From the human T2T-CHM13v2.0 reference genome, Homo sapiens, in assembly GCF_009914755.1 (NCBI RefSeq), contig NC_060926.1: 64,000 nt of DNA; one strand, given 5' to 3'. Both the position numbers and the translations under genes were made by a program. This document shows, in pieces, positions 39,696 through 53,867 of this stretch. The notes beneath the pieces are model-generated. The model had not been told where the DNA came from. It made no database searches and was given only the letters and a program-made list of their open reading frames with translations. Each line of letters starts with the position of its first letter. Position 1 is the first letter of the stretch.

Positions 39696-40227
39696 GGTCT
39701 GTGTGTCTGTCCTTGTACCAGTATCACAAAGTATTGATTCCTGAAGCTTTATAATAAGTTTTGAAATTGGTACCTTGTGAATCCTCCAACTTCTTTACTT
39801 TTCAAGACTGTGTTGGCTATTTGGAGTCCCCAAAGTTTTCATCTGTATTTAGGATGGGTTTCTCTCTTTCCAAAGAAAACAGAATTTTGATTTTTAAAGA
39901 GATTGCATTGAATCTGTAAATCTCTTCAATTAACACTGTCACCAAAAAATATTGTCTTCCTCTCCATGAATATGGAGTGACTTTCCATTTCTTTATGTTC
40001 TCTTAATAACTATTAACAATGTTTTGTAGTTTCCATTGTGCAAGTATTTACCTCCTTGATTAAATTTATTTCATATTATTATTTTTGATGCTATTGTAAA
40101 TTGAATAGATTTTTAAATTTTCTATTAAGGTTGTTCATTGTTAGTGCATAGAAAAGCAACTAACTTTTATGAGTTGATTTTTTGCTTCCTGCAATTAATC
40201 CTGCTGAATTCACTTAGTAGCATCAAC

Positions 40228-40261
40228 GTGTGTGTGTGCGTGTGTGTGTCTGTGTGTGTGT
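40228..40261. repeat. Imperfect (TG)n
   Basis: gtgtgtgtgtgcgtgtgtgtgtctgtgtgtgtg. Confidence 0.9.
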
Positions 40262-41020
40262 AATATTTAGGGTTTTCTATATATAAGATCATACCATCTG
40301 AGAACAGAGATAATTTTACTTCTTTTCCAATCTGGGTGCCTTTTTTTTTTTTTTTTGCCTAATCTCTCTGAATAGATCTTTCAATACTATGCCGAATAAA
40401 AGTGTTAAAGTGGGGATTCTTGTCTTGTCTTAATCTTAGTGGAAATACTTTCAGTTTGTCACTATGGAGTATAATACTGGTCATGAGACTTACATATGTG
40501 GTCTTTATCCTGATGGAGAATTTTATTCTATCCCTGGTTTGTTGGATGTTTTATGATAAAAGGATGTTAAATTTTGTCAGATGCTTTTTCTACTTTGAGA
40601 TAATCATGTGAGGTTTTTCCCTCTTTATTCTATTAATGTGGTGTATTACATCAATTGATTTTCATATCTCAAAATATCCTTGATAATTGATCATGGTGTG
40701 AAATTCTCTTAATGTTTCTTAATTCTATTTACTAATGTTTTGTTGAGGATTTTTACATCAATATTCATAAGAATATTGGTTTGTAGTTTTCTTTTCTTGT
40801 ATTTTCTATGTCTGACTTTAGTATCTGGGAATTTTGCCTCATAAAATGAGTTGTGAGTATTCTCTCCTTGACTATTTTTTAACGTTTGTGTAACACTGGT
40901 ATTAATTTTTCCTCAAATATTCAATGTACTCCAACATTGAGGCCAACTGTGTCTGCAATATTCTTTGTCAAAGGTTTTTGATGAGTAATTAGAATTATAT
41001 AACAAGAAAAGTTGTATTAA

Positions 41021-41244
41021 CAGGTTTCTCCATCTTGGTACAATTGATGCTTGGGGCTGAATAATTCTTTTTTGTGTAGAGCTGTCCTATTTATTACAGG
41101 ATTGAATGGTGTTTAGGAACATCCTTGGCCTCTACTCACCAGATGCCAATAGCACCCTTTCCCCCTGAGTTGCGACACAAAAAGGCCTCTAGACATTGCC
41201 AGTGGATCCCAGAGAAAGCTAACATATCTGATTGAGATTGACTG
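41021..41244 (+). mobile_element. MER20 (hAT-Charlie)
   Basis: ataattctttt...catccttggcctctactcaccagatgccaatagcacc...ctagacattgcca. Confidence 0.82.
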
Positions 41245-41307
41245 ATGTGTTAGGAATTTTTCCTATTCCTTGTGACAGATTTGGAAATTTGTATGTTTCA
41301 AGAAATT

Positions 41308-41575
41308 CAAATACCGCATGTTCTCACTTATAAGTGGGAGTTAAATGATGAAAACACATGAACACTGGTGGGGAACAACACTCTCTGGGGCCTGTTGGAG
41401 GACAGGGGGTGGGAGAAGGGAGAGGATCAGGAAGAATAGCTAATGTGTGATGGGCTTCATACCTGGGTGATAAGACGGTCTGTGCAGCCAACCACTATGG
41501 CACCTGTCTACCTGTCTAACAAACCTGCACATCCCGCACATGTACCCCTGAACTTAAAAGTCGAAAAATTTTTAA
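41308..41575 (+). mobile_element. L1PA8-13-type 3' end
   Basis: caaataccgcatgttctcacttataagtgggag...tgtacccctgaacttaaaag. Confidence 0.9.
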
Positions 41576-42671
41576 AAATTTGTTAATTTCTTCAAACTGT
41601 CAAATGTATTTGTTTATAACATTCCGTTATCTGTTTTTATGGCCGTAGAGTCTATAGTAATGTTAATTGATGATATTTATTGTGATTTTGCACGCACTCT
41701 CTCTCTAATTAATCTATCTAGTCTAACTGGAAATCTTTCAATTTTATTAGTTGTTTCAAAAAACCAAATTTGTATTTTGGTGGTTTTTCTCTACTGCTTG
41801 TCAATTTTCTACTTCAGTGATTTCTGCTCATGTCTTTACTATTTTCTTTCTATTAACTTTGGTTTTAATTTTCTTTTCCTTTTCTAACTTCTCAAAGTGG
41901 AATCTGATATTCTTAATTTTTTAATATAAGCATAAATTTTCTTTCAATTACTGCTTTAGCTGCAGCCCTCAAATTTTAATATATTATGTTTTTGTGGCTT
42001 CTCTGTTAAAATATTTGCTATTTTCTCTTCTGATTTCTTTCTCTTACGAGGTATTTAGAAGTGCTTAATTTTAAGTATTTTAGCATTCTCCAGATATCTT
42101 TTTATTTCTTTATATTTTAATTACATTGTAGCCAGATAATATGTGTGTATAATATCAGTTCTTGGAATTTATTGGTACACATTATATGGCCCAGCATATG
42201 ATCTACCCTGATTTAATGGATCCGAGTACACTTGAATATAGTGTGTCATGTGCAATATTAGGTATATTGTTCCTTAACGGTTAAATTAAGTGATTGGCAA
42301 TAACATATAAATATTATATACCTTTATTACTATGAGGGTATTAAAATCTCCATCTATAACTATGGATTTGATTTGTCTTGTTCTCACTTTAGAATTGTTT
42401 TTGTTTGATGTATCTTGAAACTTTGTATGTATATGGAATATTATATTGTCATTTGTTCTTAAAACATTTCCTCTCAATTTCTTTATCCTCTTAAACTGAG
42501 AGCCAATCGGACACAGGCTAGACCATGCTGAATGTACATTGATTTCCACATGTGCCTTGAAAACTTTGTGCTTTGGTATATATACCATGAGTAATATATA
42601 ATTTTTTATCATTGTATGTGTATTTCCAACTTTTTCCCTTTTGAAAGAAAGCATTAAAAATAAATACTGTG

Positions 42672-42960
42672 GGCTAGAAGTGGTGGCTCACACCTGTAAT
42701 CTCAGCACTTCGGGAGGCCAAGTCAGGTGGATTGCTTTAGCTCAAGAGTTTGAGACTGTCCTGGGCAACATGGTGAAACCTCATCTCTACTGAAAATATG
42801 AAAAATAGCCAGGTGTGGTGGCACACGCCTGTAGTTCCAGCTACTCAGGAGGCTGAGGCAGGAGGATTTCTTGAGACCAGGAGGTGGAGGTTGCAGTGAG
42901 CCACGATCATATACTTCAGACTGGGTGACAGAGTGAGACCCTGTATCAAAAATAAATAAA
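42672..42960 (+). mobile_element. AluJ/S
   Basis: Full dimer; TSD aaataaat(a/g)ctgtg. Confidence 0.95.
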
Positions 42961-43702
42961 TGCTGTGTATTATTACATATGTATATATATGCTATTGATC
43001 TGACATAGGTACTCACTCAGTTTTGGTTAGTGGAAGAATACTTGCACTTACAGTTTTGCTAGTAGAATCTGTTTGCAGTTTTAAAAACTCTTCACCATGT
43101 TAAATTCCCAAAAAGTGTATATGAAGGTATCCATTGTCTCACACGACCAACAGTATTTGATAATATCAATCTAATTTGTTAGCTGTTGGGTGAAAAAACA
43201 CAGGATCTCATCATTATTTAAATTTGTATCCCCTAGCTACAAACACTCTTAAAATTGTATTTATATTAACTCTCTAAATTGTATGCTTATATTTCTTGCC
43301 TATTTTTCAATATTTTTTCTTTTAGATTTGAAGTTTCCCTATGCATGTCATAATTGTTTTTATTATTTAACTTTTTATACCTTGCAAGTACTGTTTCCAA
43401 TACTGTTTCCAAGATTTATGGGCTTATTCCCAATCCAATAACCTTGGATTATTATATCATTTCCTATATGGAAGTTGTTTTTGCTTTGCTATTTATGTGG
43501 TCCACCTAGGGAGGTAGTGTAGATGAATGGCTAAGGAAAAAGCTCTAGAGTCAGATTATGTGTCTCCAAATCTCAATATCCTTATCTAAGTTGAGGAAAC
43601 GTTAAGATAACATATCAGAGAAAATTTTCCTGTTAGTATGAGAGTAGGTATTCTTAAGCAAGACACAAAACCTAGATTCTATTAAAAAACAAAAAGCAGT
43701 GA

Positions 43703-44226
43703 AAAGAATATAAATCATTTTACAATAAAGACACATGCATGTGTATTTTCATTGCAGCACTATTTACAATAGCAAAGACATGGAATCAACCTAAATGCCC
43801 ATCAACAGTAGACAGGATAAAGAAAATGTGGCACATATACACCATAGAATACTACTCAGCCATAAAAAAAAGAATGAGATTCTATCCATTGTGGCAACAT
43901 GGATGGAGCTGGAGGCCCTTATCCTAAGCAAACTAAAACAGGAACAGAAAACCAAATATCACATGTTCTCATGCACAAGTGGGAGCTAAACATTGAGTAC
44001 TTATGAACACAAAGAAGAGAGCAACAGACACCAGGACCTACTCGAGTGTGGAGGAAGGGAGAAGAGGGAGGATCAAAAAACTACCTATTGAGTGCTATGC
44101 TTATTACCTGAGTGACAAAATAATCTGTATACCAGACCCCATAACATGCAATTTACCTACATAACAAATCTGCAAATGTACCCTGAGCCTAAAATAAAAG
44201 TTAAAATTTTTAAATTAAAAAAAAAT
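43703..44226 (+). mobile_element. L1PA15/16-type 3' end
   Basis: ORF 43739 [35 protein letters not shown] is the ORF2 C-terminus; 3' UTR and A-tail follow. Confidence 0.92.
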
Positions 44227-44369
44227 AGCGAAATCTTACTATATTTTGGAGGCACTACAAGGCTCAAACCACTTAACCCTCCTAAAACCCTGAGGTATAG
44301 AATGATCTCCATTTCGCAGATCAATGTTTTTCTAATGCTTTTTTACATTTTTACAAACTAATTTTATGT

Positions 44370-45420
44370 GGCTTGGTCTAAATTATTTTAATCCAAAAGA
44401 TAGCTGATATTCCCAACAACATTTATTACAGTTCTTCCTTTCCCCACTAATTTAAGTGACCCTTTGTCATAATTCGATCAATTTTAGTGCTATCAACAAT
44501 TTCTATTGACCTTTCTATTTATTCTTGTGCTAATATCTTATTCATTTAATTGCTCTAGCTTTAGAGTATATTTTTAATCTTTTGGAACATGTCCAAAGTT
44601 TTTATTTTTCCCTCTTTTTTAAAACAACTGTCATGTTTTTTTTTTTTCCAAATGAAAGTTGGAATTTGTTCCGTTACATTAAAATATTTCTGTTAGAATT
44701 TCCATTTGGGATTGGCTATATTTATAGAATATCTGGAGAATCAAAATTTTTACAATTTTTCTATTTTGTAAGAAGCATGTCTCCAAATTAATATATTTAA
44801 ATGATGCCCTTCAAAGTAATGCATGGATTTCATTATACCTCCTTTGAGCATTTCTTATCAAGTTTATTAACAAGTATTTTGTAGCTTGTTTTGCTCTAGT
44901 TATTCAGATCCTTCCTACCCAAATTTTCTACTTAGTTAAGAAATTGACTTTTAAATTTTGAATTCTATTGGGACTCTTCACTGATATCTCTTATTCTAGT
45001 AGGTTTTTAGTGGTTCCTTTGAGGATTTCTAGGTAGTTTGTCATATGGTCCAAAATAATAACAGTGTGTCTTTTTTATTTTAATTTTCATATCAAAGTTT
45101 TTCTTTTTCTCTTATCATACTGCTTTGGCCAGGATACTCACTACAATGTTGAATAGCACTAGTGACAATAATGCCTTGTCTTTCACCTTTTTTATTTGAA
45201 GAATATTTTAAAATTTCACTTTACATATGATTCTGATGCAAATTTTTAATCGCAATTTTATTCAGGATGTTTAGTTCTATTTTCACCATGTTAAGAACAT
45301 TCAACTTGGAGGCAAATTAAATTTATCAAATAGTGTTTATGTATCTATTAATGTTGATTTATCTTTTAACTTTCTGTAACTTGAATTGCTTTTGTATTTC
45401 TAGCATAAAATTGTAAATTC
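44370..45420 (-). mobile_element. Very old L1ME ORF2 fragment
   Basis: ggccaggatactcactacaatgttgaatagcactagtgac; tattcccaacaacatttatt. Confidence 0.6.
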
Positions 45421-46164
45421 TTAATTAAACCATACGTTTAATATTTGTAACTTTTTATTATATCACTTCTATTCGGTGTTCATGGTTAGAGAAAATAGTA
45501 GCCATATCCCAGAAATGCACACACACACACAGACACACACAGCCAAAATAATTTTTAAATTTATCTTTTTCATCAATTTACTCTTTGTTACTTTCTTCCT
45601 GTTTCTTATTTTATTTTTGCATAAATAGAAAACTAAGCAAATTTGCTGAGTTGTGTAACATAAACTTTTAAAAGCTATCTTCAGATACCTCTGGATAATA
45701 TTTTTGGTTCTCTGGTGTTGCTATTTTTCATTAGATGAAATAATTTTGTTTTTGAAAGTGATATTTCAAGGCATTTCAAATTGTATTTAGGAATAAAGAA
45801 TTTTTACTGAAAAATATATGGGTTTGTTTATTCCTTTTGTTATTTCCTCTCTTCCTTCTTCCTTTCCTTCCTCCTCGTTTCTTCTTTTTTTTCGCTGCTT
45901 CCTTCTTTTATTTATTTTCCTACAGTAATGGTGAATTTGCCTTAAATTGACCACATTGTATTCTCTAGTCCCTATTGTAGCTAGTGTAATGCATTCTCAT
46001 GATGGATAGACAGGAAAATGCACAGTCTGTGACAATGGAAGATAGTACAACCAAGGGGCTCGTGGGGATCAATGGAACAAAAGCAGTTTATAAGCATCTA
46101 AGCTAAGCAGCCAAGAAAAGGCATATTGTTCTGAACACAAGCTATATCTTCACTAAACAAAATG

Positions 46165-47160
46165 TAATGACATGCTACTATGTATCAGGCTCTATGCTAG
46201 GTTCTAAGGAAAAAAAGGAGATCAAGACCCGGGCCATGCGCCTCCTCAGAGAACTAACAGTTTTTTAGGAGGGCACACATGAAATCAGAGATTTATTACA
46301 ATGGAGAAAACTTTAGATGTATGTAGAAAATGACTGGTAGATAATGAAAGATGACGCTAATGCAACCTGCGGAGTTTAGGACATGGTCCACAGTGTGCTG
46401 GATATTTACTCCAAGTCAGATATAATTCTGTTTACTACAGTTGTGTGAAAGCAATTATGTGTATTTCACATTTTATTCCTATTAAATTACTAAGTGCATT
46501 GCTTAGTCACTTAGTTATTTAAGTTAGGACATTTGCCCTTAAATGCACAGGTATTCATTTCTTTACTATTCATCTTCTGATAACTCACTCATTAAGGCAG
46601 GCCACTCATTCAGTCAAAATACAATGCCCACCTACTACGTGTCATTATTGGACTCAGAAGCCAATTTGACTGAGTCCTTGACCTCATGAAATTTACTCTC
46701 TAGTGGGACAGACAAAGATTAATCAAAATCTCTCAAATAAGTGTGTGATCAAAGGACAGAAGGACAGATTTATGTGCAACCTAAACATTTAGTGATTAAT
46801 TATACAGTGCTGGGTATAAGCATGGGAGCATTGAGGGCCCTTGGGAAGGAAGAAGCCCAGAAAGTGATAATTGAGTTGAGAACTCAAGAATATTTGGGTC
46901 AAGAGACAGAGGTAAAGGGCTCCAGACAGAGGGCTCGGTGTGAGTGCAGGCCCTGTGGGAGGGAGCATGGTGCTTCTGAGGCTAAGAAAAAGGTAGAGAC
47001 TTTAAGGGAGGCGTGTGCATAATTAATGAGAGCTGTTGCTCTCTGGGTCTTGTAGGCCCTTTTAAGGATTTCCTTCCTTAGAGAAATGGGGAACTCTGAA
47101 GGGCATTGAATGTGGGAGAAAATAATTGATTTCCAGGTGGCTGTAATGTAGCAAATGGAC
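46165..47160 (-). mobile_element. L2 remnants
   Basis: ctactatgtatcaggctctatgctaggt; ccttgacctcatgaaatttactctctagtggg; aggccctgtgggagggagcatgg. Confidence 0.6.
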
Positions 47161-47269
47161 TCAATGTTTTCAGCTCTTCCAGCATCTCTATAGCAATTTC
47201 CCTATATTCAATTCCCTCCTTTAACCTTCACAGTATGAATACTGACCCTGACAGTACATACAGTATATC

Positions 47270-47470
47270 ACATTTATTCAGTATTTTCTATCTGCCAGGC
47301 ATTTTCTTAAGGGCTTTACATATATTATTTCATTTTTCCAACAATCTTTTAGATTTGTATCTATTTATGTCCTCATAGCACAGACGTGGGACCTCAGGTA
47401 CAAAAAAATTAAGTAATTTGCCTAAGGTCACAGATCTGTAAGATTTGTATACTAATTTGGATTTCTGGCA
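47270..47470 (-). mobile_element. MIR
   Basis: catttattcagta...ctttacatatattatttcatt...aagtaatttgcctaaggtcaca. Confidence 0.8.
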
Positions 47471-50400
47471 CTATTATCTTTGTTTCCAGTATGTTGTTTT
47501 GATCTTTTTCTAATATTTCAATAGTTCTGCTGCTTGTTTTCTCAAATTCTATCATAAGTAAATGGAGTTAAAATATGAAATATGTAAACATTTCAAATTC
47601 AATGAGGTTGATATTTCAGACATTCTATGTTATATGCGATTTCTGAATTTTCCTAATTGGTTTAGAATAAAAATATGATAGAAAGGCAACGATGTTGTGA
47701 GGAATACAATTTTATTTGCATATTTATTTAAATGAGATATTTGAATATTTTACATGCATTTAAGCTTAAAGCACCTTTGGTGAATCATTTTTCTCTCAGA
47801 AATAACTTGATAGGTTTGCGAATCTCAAAACGGTGAGATGTTCACACGTTTATTACCTTTTATTTCATATATATTTAGAGTGTCAGTAGGTAAGATAGGT
47901 TTGTGTCAGATTCAGTGTTACCATAATAAGGGGATTCTATTTAAAATGTTGCATATGCATGCACGATATTACTGGCTATATATAACAGATATATGTGTAA
48001 CAGTTACATGCTTGTAAATGTTATTTAAATGAAGACTTTTAATCTACACTATTTAAATAAAGTTTATTTCTACTAACCTTACATAGAGAAAAAAATTCAA
48101 AACACCAAACAATATGGTATTCAAAATATAGAACTACTAGTTAAATGCAGATTAATTTTTTAACAAGAATTCCTATGCAGTAGGCAGATAGTTCCCACAT
48201 CCCATTGTGATTGACAAGCCTGACATATGGAATAGTTCACAAATTCCCAGGTGACTGACAGATGGAGAATAGAAAGGCGGATAAAGTTGCCTAGAGAGCT
48301 GAGGATGATTTCATATTCAGCGGTTTTGATCAAAAGGATTCCAGATCTCACACTAAATTTAGCACCGCTGGCAATTAGTGCATGATTTATTCAGTCCTTT
48401 CATTTGCTGGTTGACAAATGGAAAACAAGCACAAAATTAAAAATAAGTTTATTTCCAGCATTTCGGATATTTAAAATGTGTGTGTCTTTGTTTGCACATA
48501 AATTAACATGAGATGAATTTATAGTGAGATTAAATCTGAAATGGAGATGCAAGCAATAAATAAGAGCTTTTTTATGTATCGTACGGGCAGAACAGGTGTT
48601 TGAATTAAGAAATACTAATATGTTTAGCAGCACGGCTCCACCTTTAGCATTAGGGAGTTGATGCTTTCCTGAATTTAGAATAATCTTTTCGCAATTTAGA
48701 GTTCTTTCATAAGCTTCCAACATAGGTGACCATCTGTATGACAATATTAATGCTTTTCAGTCTAGTAATAGTATAAAAATAAAAACAACTCCCTGTCACC
48801 AGGCTTTTCTGCATTACAATGAGTCACAGAAAGGCTACAGGCTTCTTTCCCTGTTTCTGCCTCTTGGGTGTCCATGGTGAACAGGCAGCAGAAACCCAAA
48901 TCTGTCCCCTCTCATGCATTTTTAAATGGGGTTACAAGATTTCAACCTTTTCTATACTATCCTTCCAGCTAGACCATGTGTAAAGCTCTGTTTCCAGTTT
49001 CTCTTCCTATTTCATGGAACGACAATGAGAGGAGCAAGCTATGCTGATGTCAACTTTCTGTCGTGTTATTCAGAATCAGAACACAACAAAATCACATCCA
49101 CAATTGCAGGAGAGCATAGCTGAAAATTGTCCCTCCTAGGGATCCAGAGAGGCAGGGACATTTTTAAGCACATTGACTGAAAGTGTAGAAAATGAATTGA
49201 GCAAAAGCCCCATTCTTTCAGTGATGGGAAAAAAAAAAAAAACCAATTATCATATCTGAAAGACCTTGTGATTTCTGAGTAGGTGTGTCTGTCTATCTCC
49301 TTTTTAGAAATCTTCTTGGCACTGTCTAATATAGCTGCTTAGAAAGATGAATGAATTTCTGGAAAGACGGTGGAAGCTGGAAGGATGTCTCAGAGTGTGA
49401 GGTGCCTTATCATTGTTAATGGAACAGAAGTGGCCCGTTGAGGTAGCTTGACATCAAAAGCAAACCAGGGCAACCATTTATGAAATGTTGGGCTGGCAGC
49501 AAAGCACCTGAGACTTAGGGATTGTGGGGGCAGATGTTTGGGATACTTACAGGTTTTCTTATTTGATTTGTATTCCAGGTCTGACATTCAACTTTATTTG
49601 TATTCATTATTCACAGTGGGAACTAGAATGGTTTTTAAAATAGCATAAAATCCACTTAAATTATAATGGAAAGAATTGTGTGCAATGTGATGCTTTAATT
49701 ACTGTTAGGCTAACCTTGGGATATGGAAAATGTCAATTTTCATTGGCCACATGAAGGCTGAGCCCAGGTTTTAGCCCGCAGATATGTGCAGGGAGTAGGG
49801 GAGCAGCTCATGGGGACAGCCTGCCTGAGGAGTCCCCACAGTGCTTCAAATCTGCTTTGCCTTCTCCCCACACACCCTGGGGCACCATCACCGTTTCATT
49901 AGTATTTTCTTCCTCTTCTGCAATACCCTCACTGGTTCTCAGCAGCAGCCCAAAGACATTTCCCAGGCAAATGGCTTCAGGTCGGTTATGTTACTTCTTT
50001 TTTTTTAGGAGACCCTCCCTGGGTGGGTATGTCCTGGGTTTTCCACCCACCAAGACTGGGAACAGGGAAGCAGTGATGAGCTGGGACAGATCTTAAGACT
50101 CCTCTCTCTGTCAATCTATTCTTCTATTACTACTTGAAACCAGTAGCCCAAATACCATGCTATCTCCCCTGTGTCTTCTGCATGCATAAATTATTTCATC
50201 TGTAAACAAGCATTATCGGTTTTGAGCTTCTGGTTCTCTAAGAGCATGAGAACACCTTCCAAAGTAAGAGGTCATCATTCTGATTACCCTACTCTACTGA
50301 AGAGTCCGTCTCTGTTCTTTCAAGACCTGCCGTGGTGGTTAGGTATATGGTATGAAATCAACTGGACCCGAAATTCTTCTCAATTAAAAGGAGATTTTTA

Positions 50401-50579
50401 ATTTCAATTTACCCAACTATGTGCAAATGTAAGCCATATATGAACTGAGAGAAACAGAGACTAAACTTTTTTCTTAAGTCATGCTCCTAGAGAGTATGCA
50501 GCTTAAACCTCTACATTACAGCCTGGAGGCAAGTTATGCATATATACATGCACACACAGATAAACATATTTATATAGAC

Positions 50580-51311
<732 letters not shown>

Positions 51312-51547
51312 TAAATGTTTAATGTTTTAATTTGCTATATATTACCTATATGCACTGTGATACTGTAACATCGTAAGAAGAAGGAAAGGGAAAAATGTAA
51401 CACTCTCTGAATGACACCTGTGTGCCAGACACTCAGCTTGGGGTTTTAGCAAAACATTAACTATTCTTCTCAGTTTTCTATAGTTCTCTGAATGAAATTT
51501 TTAACAAAATCTGAAGTATACGTTTAATCTCAGCATTTGTCTAAATA

Positions 51548-51762
51548 TGTCCACCCAACATGGTCATCTCTCACCACATGAGTCTATTTATATTTATATT
51601 TAAATTTATCAAACTCAAATAACTTAAAATGTTAGTTACTTCTGTAATAAAAGAAACATTTCAAGCACTCGATAGCCATATGTGGCTATGGGTTACACCA
51701 TCAGACAGAGCAGATATAGAAAGTTTTCCTAATCTCAGAGAGTTTTACTAGACAATGGTGGT
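51548..51762 (-). mobile_element. MER3 (hAT-Charlie)
   Basis: catttcaagcactcgatagccatatgtggcta...gcagatatagaa...ttttactagaca. Confidence 0.8.
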
Positions 51763-52303
51763 CTAAGTCAATCTTCCAAAGGATATATTGGTCAACAAAG
51801 TTTTCATAACTTCATTAAACCTCTGGCAAGCTGGTGGTCCAGGTCTATTTTTAATTATTTATCATTTCTAGAGAACAAACACTAAAATGACACGTTTCTT
51901 AAAACATTATTTACAAAAGAATAAGTGGTAATTTCTTTGAAAGTATGTAACATGAGATACTTAATAAACAAATAACACCCCCCCAACTCTCCCTACTTTT
52001 GAACATGATATAGACAGAGTGCATACATGACAGTTGATGTGACACACTCTCTGCTCTCAATCTTAAACAGTTCTTTCGTTTGACTAGTTTCTAAATAACA
52101 CATCTAGTGCAATCAAAAGTCATCTTTTCTGGGAGGAAAAGAAAAACAAATGTTTCCACAGTGATACAGAGATGCAGAAAACTGTTTGGAAGCAAACATT
52201 AAAACAGTATGTGATCAAACATAGGTGATAATTCAAAAATCAGGAAACCTTGGAAGATTTTAATAATAGCTTTATGCTTTCGAATGAACACCTTGCAAAT
52301 GTC

Positions 52304-52627
<324 letters not shown>

Positions 52628-53830
52628 TTAATAATGTAATCTGAAACACATCAAAGAGATAGATAAGGGAAAACATCTTTTTTACTTTGAGATGAAATTT
52701 TGTTTACCTGGTATATGTGCTGGGTAGTTCTGCTGACTAAGCACCTCATGTAAAATTAGGGCACCAAAATTACTGTTGAATGAATGAAACGAGTATCAGG
52801 CTGAGGAGTTTTACAGAGTAGGTGTCTTACTGTTTGTTTCAGTTCATGAAGAGTTGAGAATTGTGACCAGTTTTCTGCACACTGAAAACCCTAACAAAAG
52901 TTATCTAATCACTATTTACCCTTCATAAGCATACATTTGTTGCTACTAATCCTATTTTTACTCAGATATTTTAATGATATTCCCACAAAATTCTCTGCCT
53001 ATTCGCCTTGCCATACTCTAAGCAAATATACATACCTCTGTTGCAACAGCCACCAAACATTAACCATATTCCTTGTTCTTTCTTTTCTGAGGAACTTCTT
53101 TCTGCCAGTCTGGGTTTTTTTTTTTTTTTTCATCTCAGTCTACTATCCATCATCTGTCTTTCACCTCCCACTGTCTGAAATAAAGCTGAGAATAGACATA
53201 CATAATGCTTCAACAATTACAGCTGGAAAAAACCTACCAACATGGCTCTCAACAGAAGGGGTGACAAGCCCTGATTTCTCATTTGTCCCCATACGTTTTG
53301 ATCCAGAAACTAAGAAAAACTTTTCAATTCCCAATTATATTGATCATGGAGGAAAGTCATCTGGTAAATCAATGGTAAATACTGCTAAATTAAATGAAAA
53401 CATGAGGGATATTTTTCCTCGTTTTTCCTCTTGTTTGAAGATTATTTTATTTCCTTTTGCAATAGGTTAGTTTTGCTGGCAATCCCATGCCATGTTAGAA
53501 CACTTCATAAATCAGGAGAAAAGATACCAAAATTTTAAAATAAGTTTATCATTCTGTTAGCACTGGCAAATCACATAGTTTCCTTCCAGTTGATTCTAAA
53601 TATCACTGTTGCTATCCTTATCCCCTACTTTAATGAAATTAACAAAAGACAATTCAAGTAAGTTATTATATGCCTGTCACAAACTGTATCAGAGTTTCAT
53701 TTTGTGCTCTCCCTAAGCACAAACAAATATCATCATTAAGGAGCATTTACTAGTGATCTAATTTGTAGGGTAATGAGCTAGGAGATGAAGACAAAAAGTT
53801 ATGTTAAGGTCAGCCTTACAAGGAAAACAG

Positions 53831-53867
53831 GCGAGCAAGCGAGCGAGAGAGAGAGAGAGAGAGAGAG
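53831..53867. repeat. (GAGC)n-(GA)n microsatellite
   Basis: gcgagcaagcgagcgagagagagagagagagagagag. Confidence 0.88.

Larger units (their letters stand above)
37900..42420 (-). mobile_element. Cluster of antisense L1M/L1MB fragments
   Basis: ORF 39309-39518 (GKGSLFSRWCWENWITTFKRMQLDLYLTSCTKINSQWI) is L1 ORF2; L1MB 3' UTR at about 38770-39010. Confidence 0.85.

Noticed and set aside
39526-39754. ILFYS-repeat ORFs; possible CRISPR-like array
   Set aside because: Pentanucleotide microsatellite with no spacers; eukaryotic DNA
52937-53470. 177-aa plus-strand ORF in unique DNA
   Set aside because: TTG start, runs through a poly-T tract, no recognisable homology; length is compatible with chance
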